Part shown: piece after piece, positions 17,897 through 28,120 of the stretch
Position numbering within the stretch: the first letter of the stretch is position 1
How the letters are laid out: each line of letters opens with the position of its first letter
Notes under the pieces: generated by a model
What the model was told of the DNA's origin: nothing
Database searches by the model: none
The model's input: the letters and a program-made list of their open reading frames with translations, nothing else
Translations under genes and position numbers: made by a program
IMG/VR virus record: IMGVR_UViG_2663763270_000002
From: an uncultured virus (IMG/VR IMGVR_UViG_2663763270_000002)
Taxonomy: Duplodnaviria; Heunggongvirae; Uroviricota; Caudoviricetes
Strand: one strand, 5' to 3'
DNA length: 64,000 nt

Positions 17897-18541
17897 GTGC
17901 AGGCGGAGATTTGGATGTGCATCCCTGGATTCGATGGTCGATACGAAGCAAGCTCGTTCGGTCGAATTCGATCGAACCGGAGCGGCAAACAACGCATTCT
18001 CGGTACGCGGACCAACAATGGCGGCTATGTGACCGTCAGCCTCAGACGAGGCGGGAAGGCCACGACTCAGACGGTGAACCGTCTTGTGGCGCTTGCCTTC
18101 CACGGCGAACCCACCGACCCGAGTTATCACGCGTGTCACAACGACGGCGTCAAGTCGAACAACCAGGTCAGCAACATTCGGTGGGACACGCCGTCTGGCA
18201 ATGCGGCCGACAAGCTTCTTCACGGCACCAACTGGCAGCTCAACAAGACCCATTGCGCCCAGGGCCACGAGTACACGCCCGAGAACACACGCATCATGAA
18301 GAACGGCGGGCGCCGCTGCATCGCCTGCAAGCAAGCAGATTCCAACCGGAGGTACCGCGAACAGCGTGGCGATTCCTTCGGCACCCACAAGGGCAAGAAG
18401 CTCGCCCCAGAGACCGTCGCCGCCATGCGGGACCTGCGAGCGCAAGGCATGATCTACCGAGAGATCGCAGAGCGTTATGGAGTAAGCACCCCGACAGCAC
18501 GCTTGGCGATCCTCGGTGAGAGCCACAAGGACGCGGCCTGA
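17897..18541 (+). CDS. NUMOD4-HNH endonuclease with C-terminal HTH
   Basis: EIWMCIPGFDGRYEASSFGRIRS; RLVALAF; CHNDG..NN..NIRW; THCAQGH. Confidence 0.9.
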   Translation: MQAEIWMCIPGFDGRYEASSFGRIRSNRSGKQRILGTRTNNGGYVTVSLRRGGKATTQTVNRLVALAFHGEPTDPSYHACHNDGVKSNNQVSNIRWDTPSGNAADKLLHGTNWQLNKTHCAQGHEYTPENTRIMKNGGRRCIACKQADSNRRYREQRGDSFGTHKGKKLAPETVAAMRDLRAQGMIYREIAERYGVSTPTARLAILGESHKDAA

Positions 18542-18550
18542 TCTCCTGGA

Positions 18551-20290
18551 CTATCGGCCGTGCACAGCGAGTTGCTGCACCAGCGAGCCGAGTTCGGCGA
18601 CCATTGCCAAAGCGCGCTGACCGCGGTCCTTGTTCTTTTCCTTCTCGCCGATGACCGGCTTCCATTCCGGCGGGGATTCGCGATCCCACGCCAGCGTCAG
18701 CTCCCGCACACGGTCCACGTAGATGGTGTGGTCGTCGACATACAGGGTGGTGGGGCCGTGGCCTGCCACCTGCGATCCGATGACCTGTGCACCAATGCGG
18801 TCGCCGATGAAAAAGTGGCCTTTACCCTGGTCGCCGATGAACCACGGGGCACCGTCACGAATATTGATTTCGTGACTGAACCAAGACCGGGTTTCGTGCA
18901 GGGCCTTCCGGATCGACAGCAGCATTTCCAGCGTGTAGGCGCGGTCCGACCCGGAAGCCAACACTTCGAATGGTGCCGCCCATCCGCCTTTTGATTTGCG
19001 GCCACCACTTTCGACGTTGAACCAGGCGGCTATGGTGTCCCAGTAGAAAACCTGAGCGACGGCGTCCACCGCACCACCGATGGGCGGAATGAAAACCATC
19101 GCGGCAATCAGATCGCCCACCGTCTGAATGGTCGCGGAGATCAGCTCGTTCACGAACGGGAATGAGTGCCCGCCCGCTACGATTTGCCGCGCCGTGGACG
19201 GTGTGAAGGTGAACTTGCTCGACTCGATCCCGGTTTCTTCGCCCTCCAGGTAGATCACGTAAGGGCAGGTCTTGTCGGTCAGGCGTAGACCGGGAACCTT
19301 GTAGGAATCGGGTACGGTGGGTGAGACGACATCTTCTTCGAAAACGTCGATGAAGTCTTCGGCCCACTGCGCGAACGTGCGTTTCAACCCGAGGAAAGGG
19401 TCACCGCCATTACTGGTGTCGGTGTAGTAGCCGGATTTGTCGACAATGTCGACCACCAGGCAACCGTTACGGAGTGTTTGCCCCTCGATGGGCTGTTCGT
19501 CTTCGCCTGCTATGAAACGTCGGACCTGGATAGACAGCTGGGCATCTTCCAGGATGTCTTTCGCCATGTCGACCCAGCGCTTGAAGCGGCTGTTGGGGAC
19601 AGACCAGATCGTGCCGGCCATCATGTCCTCGGCGAAGGTCGTCGGTTTGACCACGACAGGCCAGTTGGACATGAGCGTCGCCGGCGCCGTCACATGATTC
19701 ATGGGGTCGTCTGGCAGCGCGAAATTGTTCGTGACATTTTCGCGCATCAGATTCAAAAACAGCGCTGTTTTCAGACCCCAAATCGAGGGACCGGCCAGAA
19801 AGAAGACGCGCGGAAATTGCACGAAGGCCGGTAGAAACGGGTTACACCAAGCGAGGTAGTACTCCAGCGCGGAAAGGTCGTGCAGCCAACGCACAACCAA
19901 TACCCAGGTGCCGTCGTCTCTTTTTTCAACAGTGTGGTCGTGCAGCCTGCCGGACCAGCGGGCACCGTCTTTGTCGACGGTGATGAAAACGTGCAGCTTC
20001 TCCCCGCGGCCGACGCGAGGCGCTACCTGCCAGATCCACTTCGCCAGCGGGTCGTCGATCGGTATTTCGGTGAGCCCGGGACCGACCTCGTTGTCGAGCC
20101 AGGTGAAGCTGGCCGAGTACTCCGAATCCAGTGTGCCGACCAGCTTCCAGTCGCCGTTCCAGATACGGACCTTCGGCGGTACCAGGCGCGCGCGTCGGTC
20201 GGCTTCTTCCGCGGCGAGAGTGGCTTCCCAGATCGCGCGGCACTGTTCTTCGAGGGAGAGTTCGAGCAGATCGGTCATCGGCTCTCCCAT
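18551..20290 (-). CDS. Minor tail protein (mycobacteriophage gp28/Gp37-like)
   Basis: PKVRIWNGDW, GARWSGR, WCNPFLP..QFPR, GHFFIGDRIG. Confidence 0.88.
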   Translation of the reverse strand: MGEPMTDLLELSLEEQCRAIWEATLAAEEADRRARLVPPKVRIWNGDWKLVGTLDSEYSASFTWLDNEVGPGLTEIPIDDPLAKWIWQVAPRVGRGEKLHVFITVDKDGARWSGRLHDHTVEKRDDGTWVLVVRWLHDLSALEYYLAWCNPFLPAFVQFPRVFFLAGPSIWGLKTALFLNLMRENVTNNFALPDDPMNHVTAPATLMSNWPVVVKPTTFAEDMMAGTIWSVPNSRFKRWVDMAKDILEDAQLSIQVRRFIAGEDEQPIEGQTLRNGCLVVDIVDKSGYYTDTSNGGDPFLGLKRTFAQWAEDFIDVFEEDVVSPTVPDSYKVPGLRLTDKTCPYVIYLEGEETGIESSKFTFTPSTARQIVAGGHSFPFVNELISATIQTVGDLIAAMVFIPPIGGAVDAVAQVFYWDTIAAWFNVESGGRKSKGGWAAPFEVLASGSDRAYTLEMLLSIRKALHETRSWFSHEINIRDGAPWFIGDQGKGHFFIGDRIGAQVIGSQVAGHGPTTLYVDDHTIYVDRVRELTLAWDRESPPEWKPVIGEKEKNKDRGQRALAMVAELGSLVQQLAVHGR

Positions 20291-21204
20291 GCGTGGCCCC
20301 AGCGTCGCTGGCAGTAGACTTCGACACGGCCGCCGCCGACCGGCGCGTTTTCAACCTTGACCGGGAGATTGGTTTCCGGGGTTTTCGGTGGGACGACATG
20401 CTCGAATGAGATGCCGTTCATGCGGCCTGCCAGATTGGTGCCCGCGAAGTCGCGGACCTGAAGTTTGTCCCGGTAGAGAGTGATCCGGGCGCCGCCTTCC
20501 AGTGCGGTCAATTCAGGCAGGGTGATCTTCCGGTTTGCCCATTCCCCGCCCGGCACTCGATGGTGCTTCTTCCCTCTCCAGGAGAAGTCAGGAAGCGTCC
20601 ACTTGCCGCGGGTGACCACCCATTGCAGCCAGATCGGCTGATCGCAGGGGTTGGAAATGGTGACGAACCCTTCCGAGGTTCCGGCCGAGCCGGTCTCGAA
20701 ATAGTCGTACGGGCTGTTCTCCCATTTGTCTTCGAAGAAGAAGGGCTGGTCCGCTACGACGGCCATCGGCACACGCGACGAGCGTGTGATGTGTGGATCG
20801 TGTTTCGACTCGAATTCGACCGTGTCGTCTTTCGCCAGCCATAGGCTGCGCGTCCCCGAGATCGGGGTCGTGATCGACATTTTCGTCAGCGTCGAGTCTG
20901 GATCCCACGGGTCAGGTTCGTAATCCCATATAGAATTCCAGTCGTCCTGTAGCTGTTGCCATTCCTCCGGCGTGTCGCCTTTGATGTCGACACCGAAGGT
21001 GATGCGCCGCTCTTTGTATGATTTGCCCAGGTAGGTCGAACCCTTCTGGAACGCGCTCGACTTCCGTCGCGTCTGGACGGGTGCGTCGTAGATCCCTTTG
21101 ATGTCCGGGGACAGAAAGAGTTTCCGCGACGCACCCGCGCCATTGACGATGAAATGCGAGCCGTCAGGACCGAAGAATTCGACGCGGGCAGATTCCCACA
21201 TCAA
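20275..21204 (-). CDS. Distal tail (Dit-like) minor tail protein
   Basis: Directly after the TMP; NPCDQPIWLQW..WTLPDFSW. Confidence 0.85.
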   Translation of the reverse strand: MMWESARVEFFGPDGSHFIVNGAGASRKLFLSPDIKGIYDAPVQTRRKSSAFQKGSTYLGKSYKERRITFGVDIKGDTPEEWQQLQDDWNSIWDYEPDPWDPDSTLTKMSITTPISGTRSLWLAKDDTVEFESKHDPHITRSSRVPMAVVADQPFFFEDKWENSPYDYFETGSAGTSEGFVTISNPCDQPIWLQWVVTRGKWTLPDFSWRGKKHHRVPGGEWANRKITLPELTALEGGARITLYRDKLQVRDFAGTNLAGRMNGISFEHVVPPKTPETNLPVKVENAPVGGGRVEVYCQRRWGHAWESR

Positions 21205-21209
21205 CGTGA

Positions 21210-24200
21210 TTAGCCCCTTGCAGTGCCAGTGTGCTGGATAGCGCGCAAGTCAGCCATTTGCTGCGCCTTCCGGTACCCCTCATCAACGTCGCGCGTCTGG
21301 ATCGTGATGTGGGTGGAGTAGTCGTAGGTCGCCAACTCGGTGCCGGAGCCGCCGGACTGGATCACCTGATTCGCGGTCGCGGCCGGTGCCGGCGCCGCCT
21401 GGTACCCCGACTGGGCGAGCGCGCCCGAAGCCTGCGCGGACGCGATACGCGCCTGATGCCAGGCATCCAGGGTCTTGCCGTACTCAGTCACCTCGGACGG
21501 GATCAGGCTCCGCGGGTCGGGAAGGCCGAGCGGATCCAGCGTCGAGGAAATCAAGCCATCGAACCCGGTCTTGAGCGCGCTGGTGTACCGCTCGCGGGCC
21601 TTGTTGCCGACGATTTCCAGGGTGTCGACACCAGGATTGACCGGAACCCCGTACGTTCCGGGCGTGCCGTCGGCGCTGGTGCCGCCGCCCATCGGCTGCG
21701 GCAGCGGCGCCATCTGTCCCGGTACCGGCTGCGGCAGGGCTTGCAGCTTCTGCTCCATGCCCGGCATCTGCCGAATGAACTGCTCGAACAGGCGCCACTG
21801 CGGGTTCGTGAGCACTGCTTCCGGCAGGCCGGAGGCGTTGAATCCCCATGTGCCGTGCGGGAAGATGCCGCCCTGGTCGTAGCCGTGGCCCTTGCCCCAC
21901 ATGGTGGTGAGGTCCATGCCGTACCGCGCTTTGTAGTAGCGCAACGCCGCGACCATGTTGCTGAAAGGGTCGCGGCGGTTGTTCGGCAGCTCAGGATCCC
22001 GATACGCCTCATACGTGCCCGGGATGATCTGCAACAGGCCGACACCCGCGGCTTCGCCGGTGCCGTTGACGTCCACGATCTGCTGAGCGATATTTGGGTT
22101 ACCGCCGGACTCCGACTTGATCTGCGCCAGCATGGCGTTGACCTGGTTTTCGTCGTCGGCGTTGAATCCGACCCGGCGCATGGCTTCTTTCGCCATCTCC
22201 CGCCAGTGCTCAACACCCCACGCCGGGTCATAATCGACCACGCCGCCGCCGGACTCGCCGCCCAACCGTGACGTGACCCAGCCGATGACAGCGTCGGCCA
22301 TCTTGCGTGCGAAAGCCCGCGGCATCTGACCGAACTCGCCCAACTGGTCGAACACCGGCACCTGGTCGGCCAGGCCGCGCAGCGGCTTCGCCAACAGGTT
22401 GTCGATCATCAAGCTGCGGCCACTCGACACCAGGCCGCCGATACCGGCACGAACCCGATCGAACAGCGACCTCTTGTCGTCCTCCGACATTTCGGTCAGG
22501 AAATCGTTTGCGGCCCAATGGACATGGTCGCGGTGTTGTTCGTTCGTTCCCGACCCGAAATCGAAGGGTCGGCCTTCATCGAGGTTCTGCCAGCCGTCGA
22601 GCGGCCAGTGGATCAACTCCGCGCTCTGGGGGTAGGTGTTGTAGATCCAACGGGCAATCTCCTTCATCGGGCCGCCGAGGTCGATGGCCTTGCCCTGCAT
22701 GTGCAGGTCGTAGCCGGACCCGACATCCACGAAGCGCTTCGCCGAGGTGAGGATCGCGCCAGGGATCGCGTTGCGCACCAGATCCCACAAATGCACCTGG
22801 ATCGGGTCCAGCGGATCGCTGGTTTGGACGATGCCGCCGTCGCGGTAACCGGGGAGCGGACCATCAGGCTTCGCCTGAGTGCCGCCGCCCTTGAGCACCG
22901 TCCGACGCATCCGGTACATCGCCTCGTGCCCGCCAGCAGCACGCACCTCGTCGGCAGTCCACACATGCTCGCCGCGCGACAACCGATACAGCCCGGCCCG
23001 GTCGTCCTTGCCGTTACCGGGGCCATGAACCGGGCCACCAGGACCGCCCATCGCTCGGGCGCCCACCAGCGGCTTGTCGAACGTGCCGGTCTGACCGGTC
23101 ACGCCGACATGGTCGATCGGCTCCCACTCCGGCAGCCCCAACTTCTTGGCCACCCGGTTCCAGATGTCGCCGAAGCTGTTCAGGGTGTCGATCACCGTGT
23201 TGATCGGTCCCTGAAGCGCCGAGGACACATTCGACCAGGCGCGCGCGATACCGAGCACCAAACCATCGAAAAAGCCCGGCAGAGTGTTTAGCTCGGACTT
23301 GAACTTCCCGAGCACCTCCGGACCTGTGAGCGTCGAAAACACCGTCGTAACAGTGTTTTTGAAAGTGTTGAACTTATCGCTCGCGTCATCCCTGAACTCG
23401 CCCAGTTTCGTGCTGACGCCAGGCAGATTGCTGGTAAACCCGCTGAACGCGCCACCGATACGAGTAGTGATCGAATCCTCGCCATTGGTCGCCCAATCAG
23501 CGAAGCCAGTCCCCATCTCGTACAGGCGGCCCATAACGGTTCCCGCGCCCTTGTCGAAGTCGGACGTAAAGCCCGACCAGGCTTCCTTGACCTTGTCCGA
23601 TGCGCCCGTGGCGTTCCAGACCAGCCCGATAGGGCTGTACCCAATGGCTCCTCGCAGGAGACCGCCGCCGACGGACTTGGCCTTCTCCCCAGCACTTTTG
23701 TCCTCATCGAAGACACTCATCACATCGCCCAGCGGCGAAGCGCTCAGCTTGTCGATAAGCCCAGCCGCGGCAGAGATCATCGTCGTGATAGCGCCAACCG
23801 TGGTGCGGACATTATCGAAAAAGTCCCGAAGCTTCTTCTGGCCCTCCTCCGTCGAAAGGCTCTCGTTCCAGCGCTTCAACGTTTCGGCAATCGACGTAAG
23901 CCACGACTCGCCGGTCTCGTCAGCGCCCCTGAAGATATTCTGAATCAGGGCAAACACTTGCTTGCCGATGTTCCAGAGATCCTTGAAGGTCTTGATCGAC
24001 TCCTGCAAGAAGTTGCGGAACTTCGACTTGCCTTCGTCCGAGTTTGCCCAGTCCTTGAACTTCTTCGTCACGTCCTCAAAGCCCTTCGCGGCTCCAGGCA
24101 TGAACTCGGAACCGACTTCCGAAAGAGCCAAGAACGCTTGCAGGACGTTGCTGAGACCGTTCAGGAACGGGGTCACCGAAGCCTCGACGTTGTCGAAGAT

Positions 24201-26294
24201 GTTGGCGAGCGTCAGGCGGTTCGCGTCGGTGTCTAGGTCGGCAATAGCCTTACGGACCCCCTGGTTGATCGCATTCGCGATGCCGCCCAGCCCTTCCCGA
24301 AGTGTGGGAAGGTAATTCGTTGCCAGTGACGAGATCGAAGTACCAAGCTGGTCGAACAGCTTCTCCTGAACAAACTGTCGCAGCTCACCGTAGGGCCCGC
24401 GAAGCGCAAGCATCTGCTCGACAAACGCGCGCGCCGCCGGCGACAACTTCCCTAGCGCCTTCTCATATTCGTCTGCCGCAGAGGATGACTCATTCATCGC
24501 ATCTGTGACAGCCTGAGATGCTTCCGCATAGGTCGCTTGCGCGTCCGCGAGCGTCGTGTACGCGTCGGCCAGCGCCTGCTGTGCATCCATCTCAGCGTCA
24601 GCTGCCGCCGCTACAGCTTCCTTCGCCGCAACAACTTGGTCGCTCCCCTCAACCCCGAGAGCGTTGGCCTCGGCAGCCTTCTCGGCGAGTCGCTGGTTTT
24701 CGCGGATGGTGTCCTGCTGATCGGCGAGGGCCTGCTTGACATCGTGCTGCGCCTGGGCTCGATCTATCGCCGTGCTGTTCGGATCCGAGAAGGTCTCCCA
24801 CAGGCGCTGCTGCGCGGACGCAACAGCCAGCGCGGCAGCCTCTTCCGTCAACGCGGTCCGCCCGAGTTCCCGATTGATGTCTTCGAGATCTTCTTTTGCC
24901 TGCTTGCGCGCCCGATTGAGGTCCTTCTGTGCCTTCAAGGTAGCGGCCTGGGCGTTCTTCACGCCCCGCTCGGCAGAGACGATCCCACGGTTCGCCTGCT
25001 CCACTTGCTTCGCGGCTGATGCCTGCTGTTTCTGCGCGTTGGCGATGTTCTTCGCTCGCGACTCAGCGTCCTTGGCTGCGGAATCAGCAGCTTTGCCAGC
25101 GGCAGAGAACGCGTCGCCGACGCCCTGGAATCCGATGACCAGTGTCGCGACTGCGGCAACCGCAGCGGAGAGACCAGCAGGCAGCAGTGCGATCACACCG
25201 GCCGCCTGAGTCAGTTGGCTAAGCAGTGGCACCAAAGACACGGCAGCCAGCGCGACCAAACCAACGGTGGCAAGGCTCGTCAGGTTGCTCAACGAGAGCA
25301 TGTTGCGAGCGGCGTCGAGGATCGCGCTGTTGAGACCCGACATACCCGCTGAGAACAAGCGGCTGAACGAGTTCCGATCGCTCCGCGCCCGGTCTAGCCT
25401 GTCGTCGGCTTCTCGCTGCTGGTTCATCAGCCCGGACACGCGGCCGAGAGCGTCTGCCTGATCTCTCAGCGCTCGGTTTCGCCTTTGGAGAGCAGCCATG
25501 CGCTGGGATTCCGTCGCCGACGCCCTCGCAAGTACCTCTTGATACCTCTCCTCGGCGAGGCGGGCACGGTCCACGGCGTCGCCGTGGCTGCGCTGTGCCT
25601 GTTCGAGTCGTGCTCGGATGTTGGCGACTTCTGCTTCTGCGCGTGCGACGCTGGCCCGGTCGATCTCGATCTGCAAGCGGATCGCACGGATAGGCCGGGT
25701 GAAGATCCCGCCGGTGAGACGACGGCGCGCGCTTGCGACCGCGCCCGCACCAATACCGGAAGTCTCCTGCCCCACAGCCGACGCAAGCGAACGGAGCGCC
25801 ATCAGCTGGGCAACCGCCGCAGCAGTGTCGACGTTCACGTTCATCGTCAACGGGACCGCGGCCTGCGCCGCACGAAACGCCTCCAACTGAGAAGTAGCGC
25901 GGGCAAGATCAACGTCAACCGGGACCTTGATAGCCCTGATGCCGGTAGTCGAACCCCGGATCTTCGAGCGGATGTTGCTAGTGTCGACGTTCACGCCGAC
26001 CTTCACGTCAACGCCCTTCGCAGCTGCGTTGACCTTCGTCCGCAGATCAGCGCGGAACCCCTTCGCCAAGGTCGCACGCGCCTCGACATCCATCCGGACA
26101 CCGAGAGAGCCGGCCTTCACCTTCTCCCGAAGGTCAGTCTTGAAACCCCGCATCAACTGCGGTTTCACCGTGACCGTCAGCGACTCGTTGATCGGCTTCA
26201 GCAGTGTCTTGACGTCGGCTTTGAAGGTCGCTGCCAGTTGAGGGCGCAGCGTCAGCCGCGCCGACCCAGCGCTATAGCTCGGCCAGTTCGCCAT
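21210..26294 (-). CDS. Tape measure protein with peptidase-like and lytic transglycosylase domains
   Basis: 1694 aa helical; H..GKAID..HRDHVH; ESGGNP..GLLQ..AALRY..RYG. Confidence 0.95.
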   Translation of the reverse strand: MANWPSYSAGSARLTLRPQLAATFKADVKTLLKPINESLTVTVKPQLMRGFKTDLREKVKAGSLGVRMDVEARATLAKGFRADLRTKVNAAAKGVDVKVGVNVDTSNIRSKIRGSTTGIRAIKVPVDVDLARATSQLEAFRAAQAAVPLTMNVNVDTAAAVAQLMALRSLASAVGQETSGIGAGAVASARRRLTGGIFTRPIRAIRLQIEIDRASVARAEAEVANIRARLEQAQRSHGDAVDRARLAEERYQEVLARASATESQRMAALQRRNRALRDQADALGRVSGLMNQQREADDRLDRARSDRNSFSRLFSAGMSGLNSAILDAARNMLSLSNLTSLATVGLVALAAVSLVPLLSQLTQAAGVIALLPAGLSAAVAAVATLVIGFQGVGDAFSAAGKAADSAAKDAESRAKNIANAQKQQASAAKQVEQANRGIVSAERGVKNAQAATLKAQKDLNRARKQAKEDLEDINRELGRTALTEEAAALAVASAQQRLWETFSDPNSTAIDRAQAQHDVKQALADQQDTIRENQRLAEKAAEANALGVEGSDQVVAAKEAVAAAADAEMDAQQALADAYTTLADAQATYAEASQAVTDAMNESSSAADEYEKALGKLSPAARAFVEQMLALRGPYGELRQFVQEKLFDQLGTSISSLATNYLPTLREGLGGIANAINQGVRKAIADLDTDANRLTLANIFDNVEASVTPFLNGLSNVLQAFLALSEVGSEFMPGAAKGFEDVTKKFKDWANSDEGKSKFRNFLQESIKTFKDLWNIGKQVFALIQNIFRGADETGESWLTSIAETLKRWNESLSTEEGQKKLRDFFDNVRTTVGAITTMISAAAGLIDKLSASPLGDVMSVFDEDKSAGEKAKSVGGGLLRGAIGYSPIGLVWNATGASDKVKEAWSGFTSDFDKGAGTVMGRLYEMGTGFADWATNGEDSITTRIGGAFSGFTSNLPGVSTKLGEFRDDASDKFNTFKNTVTTVFSTLTGPEVLGKFKSELNTLPGFFDGLVLGIARAWSNVSSALQGPINTVIDTLNSFGDIWNRVAKKLGLPEWEPIDHVGVTGQTGTFDKPLVGARAMGGPGGPVHGPGNGKDDRAGLYRLSRGEHVWTADEVRAAGGHEAMYRMRRTVLKGGGTQAKPDGPLPGYRDGGIVQTSDPLDPIQVHLWDLVRNAIPGAILTSAKRFVDVGSGYDLHMQGKAIDLGGPMKEIARWIYNTYPQSAELIHWPLDGWQNLDEGRPFDFGSGTNEQHRDHVHWAANDFLTEMSEDDKRSLFDRVRAGIGGLVSSGRSLMIDNLLAKPLRGLADQVPVFDQLGEFGQMPRAFARKMADAVIGWVTSRLGGESGGGVVDYDPAWGVEHWREMAKEAMRRVGFNADDENQVNAMLAQIKSESGGNPNIAQQIVDVNGTGEAAGVGLLQIIPGTYEAYRDPELPNNRRDPFSNMVAALRYYKARYGMDLTTMWGKGHGYDQGGIFPHGTWGFNASGLPEAVLTNPQWRLFEQFIRQMPGMEQKLQALPQPVPGQMAPLPQPMGGGTSADGTPGTYGVPVNPGVDTLEIVGNKARERYTSALKTGFDGLISSTLDPLGLPDPRSLIPSEVTEYGKTLDAWHQARIASAQASGALAQSGYQAAPAPAATANQVIQSGGSGTELATYDYSTHITIQTRDVDEGYRKAQQMADLRAIQHTGTARG

Positions 26295-26377
26295 GCGGGC
26301 ACCGCCTATGAAGGTGTGGGAGGCGCGCGAGTGCGCGCGTTGGAAGATGGGTCCGCGGCGTGGTCACGCGGACACGA

Positions 26378-26410
26378 CGAAGGCCGAACCTGAATCAGGT
26401 CCGGCCTTCG
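26378..26410. terminator. Hairpin terminator after the TA moron
   Basis: cgaaggccg.acctga / tcaggt.cggccttcg. Confidence 0.65.
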
Positions 26411-26460
26411 CTTGGTGTGTTGTGTTTGTGGGAGGCTAGCGCCCCGTGAGGGCGCGGGAG

Positions 26461-26796
26461 CTAACCGATCGGCTGGATCTGCCCCATGGTTGCTGAGCTT
26501 GCCCCTGGCTCGGCGCTGAACGCTGCGGCGAAGGATCCCACCGAGGGGCGGATCTGCCGCAGCAGCCTTTCCGGAATCTCTGAGTGGAAGTGGAAGCGTC
26601 GGGTGAGTTCGGTGATGGGGATGTTAGCGGTCAGACTCAGCAGCTCGATTCCGACTACCATGTTCATGTCGTCGACGTCCACCTGGATGTCCGGGGTCAC
26701 CTCGATGGTGTTTGCCACCTTACGATCACTAAACTCCACGTACGCAGCGCCTGCATCGTGGTCAACGGTTACCTTCACTGGGTAGGACGTGCTCAT
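26461..26796 (-). CDS. DUF2283-type antitoxin
   Basis: DHDAGAAYVEF..VDVD..VVGIELL. Confidence 0.8.
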   Translation of the reverse strand: MSTSYPVKVTVDHDAGAAYVEFSDRKVANTIEVTPDIQVDVDDMNMVVGIELLSLTANIPITELTRRFHFHSEIPERLLRQIRPSVGSFAAAFSAEPGASSATMGQIQPIG

Positions 26797-27044
26797 GTTG
26801 TGGTTCCCTTCCAAGCCGCTGACTTGACGACGAGTTTGTCAGTGTGGTCGAGCGGTACTGGGGTCGGCAGGGTCCAGACCTTCAGCTCTCGACCGTCGGC
26901 CCCGTAACCATGATGGCAGATTCCGTCCTGATCACCAGGTCTATGCATGGTGCAGTTCGAGAGCGCAGTCTCTACATCTACCTTCGTGATGCTTCGGCGC
27001 CGCATCTGAGAGGTTGCGTGCCTGGTATATATGACCCGCATCAC
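26793..27044 (-). CDS. DUF4258-type toxin (predicted RNase)
   Basis: YTRHATSQMRRRSITKVDVE..VVKSA. Confidence 0.75.
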   Translation of the reverse strand: MMRVIYTRHATSQMRRRSITKVDVETALSNCTMHRPGDQDGICHHGYGADGRELKVWTLPTPVPLDHTDKLVVKSAAWKGTTT

Positions 27045-27433
27045 GACTTGAGCACCTCGAACGCCAGCCGCCGCTCACGCTGGCCGTCCACATCGACGAA
27101 GACTTCAACTAGGCCAGGGCCTGTGAGCTGGATGACGTTCTGGGCGGCGAATACGATGCCGATCTTCCCGTCGTACACCGTTACGTGGTTCCGGTGCGAT
27201 AGCAATGTCCCCCGCATGATGACTTCCGGCGCTTCGCGCGGAGGCTTGACCGTGATCGACACTTCGATCGTTTCGGTCTCTTCTGGCGCGCGTACCCGCC
27301 CTGCCACTGCAAACGCATGCTGAACAGGGAAAGTGGATACGGCAACCATCGTGTAGCTGGCACCGACCGCGGTCAACTTGCCACCTTCAACGGTCGCGAA
27401 GTCTGCTACGAACGCGTAATCCAGCTCAGCCAT
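27041..27433 (-). CDS. DUF6941-like protein
   Basis: LDYAFVADFATVEGGKL..G; beta-sandwich pattern. Confidence 0.65.
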   Translation of the reverse strand: MAELDYAFVADFATVEGGKLTAVGASYTMVAVSTFPVQHAFAVAGRVRAPEETETIEVSITVKPPREAPEVIMRGTLLSHRNHVTVYDGKIGIVFAAQNVIQLTGPGLVEVFVDVDGQRERRLAFEVLKS

Positions 27434-27757
27434 GCTGGGTACCCTACATCGCAGTCGGACGCAGGCCGCTCCAACTCAGGCAGATGCCAAAGATGGCGCA
27501 GGACGATTGCGACACCGTCCACGTGTTGCGCCCCGGCCGCGTCCCTGCCCGCTCTCATCGACCCTCAGCGAAGCGACGCTTCTACGCCGCTAGAGAACCA
27601 AGTGCAAGGGCAGGGGGCGACTCGCCGCGGCCGCCCGGTCGGATGGGCTCTGACCGAATGGTCGACTCCCGCCTCAAGCGCCGTAGTCTCTATGCAGTGG
27701 TTTAGTGTGCATGCTATGGTCGACGCCGTTGAACACGGTCGACACGAAGGGTCTGAG

Positions 27758-27997
27758 ATGATTGCCGTTATGGACGTTGACGCAGAGGAGGCCGAGCGAT
27801 TGCTAGCTGCTGTGCGCGATGCGACGCGGCGAGCGAAGGAGTCGAGGGCGAAGGCTGATGAGGATTCGGCGTTACGTCGGGTGGCAGTCGCGAAGGCGAT
27901 GATGGCCGGCGTTCCCCGCGATGCGATCGCAGAGGCGGCGGAGGTGCATCGCAACGTCCTGTACCAGATCGTCAAGAAGAAGAACCAAAGCAAGTAG
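27758..27997 (+). CDS. Small HTH regulator
   Basis: GVPRDAIAEAAEVHRNVLYQIV. Confidence 0.7.
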   Translation: MIAVMDVDAEEAERLLAAVRDATRRAKESRAKADEDSALRRVAVAKAMMAGVPRDAIAEAAEVHRNVLYQIVKKKNQSK

Positions 27998-28051
27998 AGT
28001 ACTTGCATCCGTTCGAGGCGTTGCCGTAGTCTGCAAGTAGTCCACTTGCAG
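27990..28051 (+). promoter_or_regulatory. Promoter with two 17-bp operators GCAAGTAG-N3-ACTTGC
   Basis: Sites 27990-28006 and 28033-28049; -35 TTGCAT at 28003, -10 TAGTCT at 28027. Confidence 0.7.
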
Positions 28052-28120
28052 AACAGTGGCGGCGCCCTTCAACTCTTGGCCGAGCAGGGCGTCGCCACTT
28101 CTACCGAACGGAGATTCGGC

